This document shows, one piece after another, positions 57,242 to 64,000 of a DNA stretch of 64,000 nt. The notes beneath the pieces are model-generated. The model searched no databases. It worked only from the letters and a program-made list of their open reading frames with translations, and was not told where the DNA came from. This DNA comes from Candidatus Moraniibacteriota bacterium (lineage in GTDB: Bacteria > Patescibacteriota > Minisyncoccia > Moranbacterales > UBA2206): positions 14,805 to 78,804 of the forward strand of contig CAVZKT010000003.1 of NCBI GenBank assembly GCA_963775955.1, given 5' to 3'. The position numbers and the translations under genes were made by a program. Numbering within the stretch: the first letter of the stretch is position 1; each line of letters begins with the position of its first letter.

Positions 57242-59336
57242 ACAGATATTCCAATATTCTGTCTTTTATTTTGAAATTGTCAAAATTAATATGGAAAACG
57301 ATTAGAAAAGATGGTCCTGACGTTGTCTCGCTTTTAACGACACCTCTTCTTATTTTTATTTCTACATCCATACCGATCTATCTAAGCAACCAGGCTGATC
57401 TCGGGTACCAGCTTGACGTATTTATGCCTTTTTTATGGTTTTCCATAGGCACTGTACTTGTAGGCTTGGTTTTGTGGATATTTTCTGATTCGCGATTTGG
57501 GCGAGTTTTTCTTTGGGGATATTATCTTGCTGGACCACTTTTTCTTATCTTTACATTTTTCCGTGAAGATTCGCTTTCCTTATTAGAATATGCTTTTGGA
57601 ATTTCCATTTTTATAATATTTTCTCTCGTGTTAATTATAACTATCGCATATTTTAAAGCGCCTTGCCATGCGGTTAGTTACTTTGCAATTTTAAGCTTTT
57701 TATTACTTGTATTTGAATTTTACCACATTGGAACAGGAATTAAGTGGCACCAGCATTCTTTTCTGGAAGAACGCTCTGTTTCAACGTCAAAAACGGAATC
57801 CGGGCAGGAGTCTTTACCAAACATTTATCACATAATCCTGGATGGTTTTCAGAGTGATATTTTTACATACATTCTAACACCAGAGATTCGCGAAGATTTG
57901 AATGAATTTGCATATTTTCCTGAAGCAACGGCACTATATTCTGAAACAACCTGGTCTGTGCCATCTGTTTTTTTGGGAGAAACATACACTTTTTCAAATT
58001 CACAACAAGAATATCAAAATCGTGCTTTCAATAGCGACGCGTCTGTTTTATATGCTCTCAAGGAGGCTGGATATTCTACTTCTGCATATACACGAAATCT
58101 TTATCCAATTAAATTAAAATTGTTTGACTATGTAATTGAACATGTTGATAATATTGGCACCAAACGTGCCGATAATAGTGACGCGTTTATAAGCGCGTGG
58201 ATCTATCGATACGCTCCATTGGCATTGAAAGACATATTAATAAACAAAAATATTTTCATTAGCGAAGACAGTATTGAGCAATTTAATGCTGGCACTTTCC
58301 TTCCCGCCTCCGCTCCCGAGGAATCCTTCTTAAGTTTTCAGCGATTTCTTACTCAAGAAAAGGAATTGGCGGACTCTGGTCGCTATACATTCATTCACCT
58401 GATGTTACCTCACAGTCCTTACGTCCTTGATGCTAATTGTGCGACAAACGAGAAGGAGGCAACCGTACTTACACAGTCGCGGTGCGCCACTAAATTGATA
58501 GTGGATTTTATCAATGAGTTGAAAGCTCTTGGCAGATATGAAAATTCTTTGATTATAATACATGGCGATCATGGAGATAGATATGCTGCGGTACTAGATG
58601 ACAAGCTCGTATCACGGGAGCCTCCGACAAGATCACCTCGGTCACTTTTACTCTTAAAGACCGGCTCGTCTCTTAACAACAGCGAAATGGAAGTATCATC
58701 CTTTAGGGCTTCTTTGCTTGATATTGTACCCACCTTAATTTCATCAATTGGTAGTAGTGCTCCAAGAGATTATGAGGGCGTATCTTTAGCTGAAAAGGAC
58801 TTCGCAGCATCGGAAGATAGGAGTCGATATTACTTCGTCGTTGGTAATCAAAACATGAAAAAATATCTTATTGATGGCAATAATGAAGTTTTTAAGGAAG
58901 GATTTGTTATAGATAAAATGTCTACAATCCCCGATTCAACAGAAGAAGTAATCCCAACTTTTAAAACAAATGAAGTAATTGAAGCCGAAGCAGGGCATCT
59001 TAGCTCCAGCCATGTCGGGTCAGATATCCCAGGTACACATAGAGATTATGTAAGGACCGGCGGTGAATCGTTGAGATATAAGATTCGCGTGGAAGCGGAT
59101 GGAAGTAATATCGGCTGAGAGCCAATCTGATCACGCCGTCAGGTAATAATAATTCAACCTACGTAATAATGGACGACGGAAAACGTCAATCGTGGTCCAT
59201 GGGTAAATCAGACTCATGGAAATGGCAGGATTTTCCATTTGAATGGAGTTTGAAGCCTGGTCAATATGTATTAACATTTGAGAATCGAGAGCAAATATGG
59301 ATAGATCAGATTGAGCTTTATGAAATAAAAAAATAA
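57238..59336 (+). CDS. Membrane-anchored sulfatase/LtaS-type (alkaline-phosphatase superfamily) enzyme with C-terminal CBM-like domain, one frameshift
   Basis: About 5 N-terminal TM segments. Motifs PNIYHIILDGFQSD, HLMLPHSPYVLD, IIIHGDHGDRY. The tail YRLRANLITPSGNNNSTYVIMDDGKRQSW...QIELYEIKK is in another frame from about 59112. Confidence 0.75.
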
Positions 59337-59522
59337 TGTCAAAGTATTTCACATTGTAAGCACTTCTAGCTAAAGGATTGGTATACTATAATTTTTACGA
59401 CAAATTAGGCTCCAATGAAAAAACGGACGCCCTTTCCCGCTTTGTAATAAAGGACGGCAAAATAAGTTTCGACCAGAAATTTTAATTGAAAAATGTGGAA
59501 ATAAAAAAGTAATTTTGGCTGG

Positions 59523-59551
59523 TTGAGTATTGCTAAAATAATTGCTATAAT
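59523..59551 (+). promoter_or_regulatory. Sigma70-like promoter with extended -10
   Basis: TTGAGT (59523-59528), 17-nt spacer including TG, TATAAT (59546-59551). Confidence 0.6.
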
Positions 59552-59566
59552 GAGCCTGTATATGTA

Positions 59567-60361
59567 ATGGGCATTTTATTTTTTATGAGAAGAAAACATG
59601 AAAATTACAAGGAATTGATCTGGATGCTGGCAAAAACAGACTTTAAACTTCGCTACCAGAATTCGGTATTGGGCTATGTCTGGGCACTATTAAATCCATT
59701 GCTCACCTTCGTTGTTTTGAATTTTATATTTACTCATATTTTTGTGCGCGGTGCCGGAATAGAGCACTATTCCCTCCAGCTTTTTACGGCCATCGTCCTG
59801 TTTAACTTTTTTTCAGAAGGAACGCGATCCGGCATGGCTTCTCTCGTAACCAAATCATCTTTAGTAAAAAAAATATACGTTCCGCGCTGGACCATTATTG
59901 CTTCATCTACTGTCAACTCCGTTATGATTTTTTTAATGAACCTTATAGTAGTCGCAATATTCTTTGCTTTTAGCGGGGTTATGCCAAGCTTTGGGGCAAT
60001 CTTGCTTTTTGTTTTCTTTTCCATACTCACGTATATTATTATTTTAGGATTTTCCTTTTTAACCGCCACGCTTTATGTCAAATTAAGAGACCTGCTTATT
60101 ATTTGGGGGGTGCTTTTAATGATGCTTTTTTACGCCACGCCGATTATTTATCCGCTTCAAATACTGCCCAAATATATTCAGCAGGTCATCTTAGTGAGTC
60201 CGGTCGCTTTTATTATCCACTTTTCCAAAGAAGCCCTGGTGAATAATCACTTTCCTGAAATTTGGCAGATATTATTATTTGTTTTCTCTGTTTTGATTTT
60301 TGGGGGGATAGGATATTTAGTTTATAAAAAAACCGATGCTTCAGTGGCAGAGGACATATAA
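59567..60361 (+). CDS. wzm: ABC-2 type polysaccharide/teichoic-acid export permease
   Basis: YKELIWMLAKTDFKLRYQNSVLGYVWALLNPLL plus 6 TM segments. The true start may be ATG 59585. Confidence 0.85.
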   Translation: MGILFFMRRKHENYKELIWMLAKTDFKLRYQNSVLGYVWALLNPLLTFVVLNFIFTHIFVRGAGIEHYSLQLFTAIVLFNFFSEGTRSGMASLVTKSSLVKKIYVPRWTIIASSTVNSVMIFLMNLIVVAIFFAFSGVMPSFGAILLFVFFSILTYIIILGFSFLTATLYVKLRDLLIIWGVLLMMLFYATPIIYPLQILPKYIQQVILVSPVAFIIHFSKEALVNNHFPEIWQILLFVFSVLIFGGIGYLVYKKTDASVAEDI

Positions 60362-60366
60362 AAAAT

Positions 60367-61005
60367 ATGAAACCTGAGATTGATTGGACAAATCCCTCCT
60401 ACGATTTCATAGATTTTGGAAGTAAGATCGGCGGAAGCATGGATTTAGCTATCAGAAGGCTGGGAGGAACCAGAGGATTGGGAATCGACATTCGTCCGGA
60501 TGTGGTAGAAAAGGCTCAACAAGCGGGGTATGATGTAATTTTGGGAGACGCAACAAAGCTTGAATTCCCGGAAAACTGCGTCCGCTTTGCTGTTATTTCG
60601 CATTTTCTGGAACATTTGCCTGATTTAGAAACCGTCAAAAAATCTTTGAAAAGCGCTATAAAAATTTCGCGGGAATTCATTTATATACGCGGGCCAGTGT
60701 TTGATGATGAAGAATATTTAAAATCATTAGGATTTAGAACATATTGGTCGCACTGGATAGGGCATCCGTGCCACCTGACCACTTTCCAGCTGGCAGATAT
60801 CCTAAAATCTCTAGGTCAGGATAATTTCGAGTTCAGATTTGAAGTGCCAATGTATGATTCCAAAAGCAAAAATATTCATCCCTTGAGCGCTCCAGATGGC
60901 CAGCATGAATATGACGCTAAACTTCATCCGCCAAAACCATATGTAAAATTTGATCATGTTATTTTTAGAGAGTTTGTGTGCAATGTATTTTTAAACAAGA
61001 AATAA
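60367..61005 (+). CDS. SAM-dependent methyltransferase-like protein
   Basis: FIDFGSKIGGSMDLA ... GLGIDIRPDVVEKAQQAGYDVILGDATKLEF ... ISHFLEHL. Confidence 0.6.
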   Translation: MKPEIDWTNPSYDFIDFGSKIGGSMDLAIRRLGGTRGLGIDIRPDVVEKAQQAGYDVILGDATKLEFPENCVRFAVISHFLEHLPDLETVKKSLKSAIKISREFIYIRGPVFDDEEYLKSLGFRTYWSHWIGHPCHLTTFQLADILKSLGQDNFEFRFEVPMYDSKSKNIHPLSAPDGQHEYDAKLHPPKPYVKFDHVIFREFVCNVFLNKK

Positions 61006-61008
61006 TTT

Positions 61009-62289
61009 ATGGAAAATCCAATAGCAATTAAAGTTGAAAATATATCAAAAACTTTTCGCATTCCTCATGAAAAAATTACCAGTATGAAAAGCGCGTTTGT
61101 CGGCGCGTTCCGAAAAAGAACGTTTGAGGAATTCAAGGCGCTGGATGATGTTTCTTTTGAAGTAAAAAAAGGAGAGTTTTTCGGCATAATCGGAAGAAAT
61201 GGCAGTGGAAAATCAACGCTTCTAAAGATCCTGGCTGGTATTTATAAGGCAGATAGGGGAAATATTCATATTAATGGGCTTATTTCGCCCTTTTTAGAGC
61301 TTGGGATTGGTTTTAACTCTGAACTTTCAGGACGCGATAATATTTACCTAAACGCCACCGTTTTAGGACTTTCCAAGAAACAAATTGACAAAAAATTTGA
61401 TGAAATTGTGGCTTTTTCAGGGCTGGAGCGCTTTATTGACCAAAAATTAAAAAATTACTCTTCCGGCATGCAAGTGCGTTTGGCTTTTTCCGTGGCTATC
61501 CACGCCCACCGGGACATACTCTTGATGGATGAAGTTTTGGCAGTCGGGGATATGAATTTTCAACAAAAATGCCTTGAGGAACTTACAAAACTAAAAACTG
61601 AAAACCGGACAATCATTCTCGTTTCTCATTCTATGAAAAGTATCGAGGATTACTGCTCCAGAGCTATGTATTTAAAAGACGGGAAAATTGAGAGCATAGG
61701 AGAAGCCATAAAAATAGTTAATGATTATAATTTGAATAATATTTCCTATTTTGAAAAAAGCAGTCAGATAGAGGAAAAAAAAGAAAGAGAAGGCGGAGAG
61801 AGTAATATGATGAAAAAAAGAGAGAAGAGTGGTGAAGGAGTTCAAATCCATAAGGAGACTAGAAAAAAAATCGCTGAGGTTAAAAATGTTCAATTTTTTG
61901 ACGGCAATTATAGAGAGAGAAAAATTTTTATTTCCGGAGAAAAAATGATAATCAGGTTTTTTTTCAAGTTTAATAAAAAAGTCGAGTTACCACTTCTAGG
62001 AATCGCCATATACAAGGATATGCAACATGTCGTGTATGGAACAAATAGTGAAAAACAGTGGGGTCTTATTAAATTTATCGATACCAACAAAGAAGGATAT
62101 ATTGATTTTGAAATTGAAGAACTTTCTTTACTGGAGGGTAATTATCAGCTTTCAGCAGCAATTGGAAAAAAAAATACTGGCATGTTGGATAAGCACGACA
62201 GAAGATACTCGTTCATCGTGAATAGTGGAACACTTAGGGATTACGGTGTATGTAATTTAAGGCCAAAAGTAAAAATTACTTTAGGTTAG
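61009..62289 (+). CDS. wzt: ABC exporter ATPase with C-terminal glycan-binding-type domain
   Basis: Walker A GRNGSGKST, signature YSSGMQVRLAF, Walker B ILLMDEVLAVGD. A C-terminal beta-rich extension of about 140 aa (LLEGNYQLSAAI) resembles the Wzt_C pattern. Confidence 0.85.
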   Translation: MENPIAIKVENISKTFRIPHEKITSMKSAFVGAFRKRTFEEFKALDDVSFEVKKGEFFGIIGRNGSGKSTLLKILAGIYKADRGNIHINGLISPFLELGIGFNSELSGRDNIYLNATVLGLSKKQIDKKFDEIVAFSGLERFIDQKLKNYSSGMQVRLAFSVAIHAHRDILLMDEVLAVGDMNFQQKCLEELTKLKTENRTIILVSHSMKSIEDYCSRAMYLKDGKIESIGEAIKIVNDYNLNNISYFEKSSQIEEKKEREGGESNMMKKREKSGEGVQIHKETRKKIAEVKNVQFFDGNYRERKIFISGEKMIIRFFFKFNKKVELPLLGIAIYKDMQHVVYGTNSEKQWGLIKFIDTNKEGYIDFEIEELSLLEGNYQLSAAIGKKNTGMLDKHDRRYSFIVNSGTLRDYGVCNLRPKVKITLG

Positions 62290-62321
62290 AATAAGAAAGC
62301 AAAATGTGACCATGATTATTT

Positions 62322-63071
62322 TTAAAAGTTGAAAAATTGTATTAGATCACCCGTTTCTTTTTCAATAAAACTTATATCCTCTTTTGTTAACTCGTTTTTA
62401 TAATTCTCTTTCTTTCTATACACCCCCTTAACTTCAACTTTTGATTTTTCGTGATTTTCCGCAATCATTTTCGGCATATAGTCTTTTGACAATCCCGTAA
62501 AATCTAAAACTTTTTCCAAACATTGTTCAGTATTACTGGCCAGATCCTCATATTTTATTGTAAGCATGTTATTATGTTCAAGATAGGGCTTGACTGCCTT
62601 AATACAATCGCGATATTTTTTCACCGCGTCTTCAACGGAATTTGCAAATTTAAAAAACTCTGAGTGTAACATTGAGGAAACTACCGCTCTGGGATCGCGC
62701 GCCACATGAATAATTTTTGCTTGAGGAAAAAGACGCAGGATTTTTTCAATGTGAAAAATATGATGCGGAGTCTTTTCCACTAAAACTTTATCCCGAAAAC
62801 TTTCTATCTTCCGGTTAATATCATTAACAATTTTATCATCATCATATCTGATAAACGCTCCGGTTTCAGAAGTAACTCTCTTGCCGTCAATCACAGAAGG
62901 GTTGTCCGGATCAAAATCTTCCCTGACAATGGGAGCAACATCCGGATGCGAGGTGAGTAAGCCCCATAGCCAGGTCGTTCCGCTTCTTGGAACTCCTACT
63001 ATAAAAATTAATTTTGATTTTTTATTTTCTTGAGGATGTTTTGCTATTTTAGAATTCAAAATCGGACTCAT
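62322..63071 (-). CDS. Sulfotransferase family protein
   Basis: 5'-PSB-like motif GVPRSGTTWLWGLL and 3'-PB-like motif VARDPRAVVSS. Confidence 0.8.
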   Translation of the reverse strand: MSPILNSKIAKHPQENKKSKLIFIVGVPRSGTTWLWGLLTSHPDVAPIVREDFDPDNPSVIDGKRVTSETGAFIRYDDDKIVNDINRKIESFRDKVLVEKTPHHIFHIEKILRLFPQAKIIHVARDPRAVVSSMLHSEFFKFANSVEDAVKKYRDCIKAVKPYLEHNNMLTIKYEDLASNTEQCLEKVLDFTGLSKDYMPKMIAENHEKSKVEVKGVYRKKENYKNELTKEDISFIEKETGDLIQFFNF

Positions 63072-63294
63072 AGTTTTAGAATTAATATTTACTTTAATTT
63101 ATTTTAGCATACTGGCGAAAAAGGAAAAGGGATTCGGTTCAGTTTGTATTTTAGCTTGTCTTTGCTGCTTTTATATGTTATTATCACTAAAGGTTTTTTC
63201 TGTTTACAGAAATAAAGGTAAAAATGTTGTTTTAATCGCTGTCCGGACGATTACGATGAAATTCATATAAATAATACGCTTCAAGAGTAGTCTT

Positions 63295-63921
63295 ATGTCT
63301 ATAAGCAATCCAAAACAGTTTTGGGAGGGGATATCAAAAAAAGAAAACTGGCGAGATTATATACTGCCGAGAAATAATTTTGCTGATTTCGATAAAGAAG
63401 GCCACGCAGAAGCCCAGCGACTTTTTTATTTCTATGATAAAAATAGCATAGTGATTGATTATGGATGTGGTATTGGGCGGGTTGCAAAATATATAGCTCC
63501 CCAAATAAAAAAATTTATAGGACTGGACATTAATCCTGATTTTGTAGCGAAGGCGAGAGATTATGTAAAGGAAAAAAATGTCGAATTTTATACTATTGAT
63601 CAATTTAAGGATATAGAATTTGCAGATCTCGTTTATTCACTGATGGTTTTACAACACAATGATGAAAGCAATAGAAAAATGATAATGGATCATATTTATC
63701 GGTTATTAAAAAAAGGGGGCGTGGTAATAATTAATTTTCCACGATTTGAAAGCAACTACTATGCGGAGACCCATTTTGTCCATAAGTTCACATTAGCCGA
63801 AGTTGAAGAATATGGCAGTATATTCAGGCAGTATCGCATTATGACTGGAAATTTACCAAATTACGAGAAAGAATATGATAAAAATTTAGATCATGAGTAT
63901 TTTTTAATGGGAATAAAATGA
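63295..63921 (+). CDS. Class I SAM-dependent methyltransferase
   Basis: Motifs VIDYGCGIGRVAKYIA, GLDINPDFVAKA, DLVYSLMVLQHN, LKKGGVVIINFP. Confidence 0.8.
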   Translation: MSISNPKQFWEGISKKENWRDYILPRNNFADFDKEGHAEAQRLFYFYDKNSIVIDYGCGIGRVAKYIAPQIKKFIGLDINPDFVAKARDYVKEKNVEFYTIDQFKDIEFADLVYSLMVLQHNDESNRKMIMDHIYRLLKKGGVVIINFPRFESNYYAETHFVHKFTLAEVEEYGSIFRQYRIMTGNLPNYEKEYDKNLDHEYFLMGIK

Positions 63922-64000
63922 TGAAAATATTAATTACAACCCAGTATCTTGATAATTATGCCGGGACGGAAATTGTAGTCAGAGACTTATCCAAAAAGTT
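63918..64000 (+). CDS. Probable glycosyltransferase, 3' end beyond window
   Basis: ATGA overlap with the previous stop. MMKILITTQYLDNYAGTEIVVRDL resembles a GT4 N-terminus. Only 27 codons are visible. Confidence 0.4.
   Translation, partial: MMKILITTQYLDNYAGTEIVVRDLSKK

Noticed and set aside
7147-59336. Frameshifts read as programmed ribosomal frameshifting or an alternative genetic code
   Set aside because: The sites are heterogeneous and lack a shared slippery heptamer plus downstream structure. They include both +1 and -1 changes and are often in plain homopolymers. TGA, TAA and TAG all terminate well-conserved proteins at the expected positions, so the standard code fits.
1-64000. Search for tRNA, rRNA, transposase, integrase, phage or defence-system genes
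   Set aside because: I found no T-loop-type GTTCGAATC-like cloverleaf candidates, rRNA motifs, DDE/tyrosine/serine recombinases, restriction-modification, Cas or abortive-infection signatures by eye. tRNAscan-SE, Infernal and DefenseFinder would be needed to exclude them formally.

Overview
This is a 64-kb, AT-rich (judged by eye, not computed), gene-dense bacterial segment. It is almost entirely co-directional on the + strand; only 41135-44599 and 62322-63071 are on the - strand.

**Content.** The window opens with a 5'-truncated valS and an RNase P RNA gene that the ORF track mis-reads as a CDS. Most of the rest is a very large cell-envelope glycan super-locus:
- a polyprenyl-phosphate sugar phosphotransferase
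- about 10 GT4/group-1 glycosyltransferases
- three Wzz-like proteins and two DUF4012 paralogs
- the MurJ flippase
- an O-antigen ligase/polymerase-like protein
- a GT-C (ArnT/PMT-like) enzyme
- rfbC-rfbB-rfbD-rfbA plus galU
- a UDP-sugar epimerase
- a Wzm/Wzt ABC exporter with methyltransferases and a sulfotransferase

Interspersed are housekeeping genes (lepA, ftsB/divIC, a parvulin PPIase, a 59-aa ferredoxin missed by the track, two HtrA-like proteins). There are also secreted hydrolases: a lipase-like protein, an M4 metalloprotease with FG-GAP-like repeats, and an LtaS/sulfatase-like protein with a CBM-like tail. The gene repertoire (DUF4012, YerC/TrpR-like protein, many small membrane proteins, standard genetic code) suggests a Patescibacteria/CPR-like genome. 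That placement is inference only.

**Most interesting signals.**
1. A family of covarying long-range inverted repeats (core ACCCCGTTAGA...TCTAACGGGGT) brackets whole intergenic regions. In three cases the 3' arm contains the GTG start codon of a GT4 gene.
2. Two unrelated perfect palindromes bracket the two small HTH regulator genes (ArsR-like and TrpR/YerC-like) and recur at nearby operon boundaries.
3. An orphan three-gene operon of exported proteins lies at 25303-28491.
4. One HtrA paralog has all three catalytic residues replaced.

**Caveat.** At least 14 genes carry frameshifts, many in homopolymers, so this is probably error-containing draft sequence. rfbB and rfbD are so heavily disrupted, including an in-frame TAA, that genuine decay is possible.
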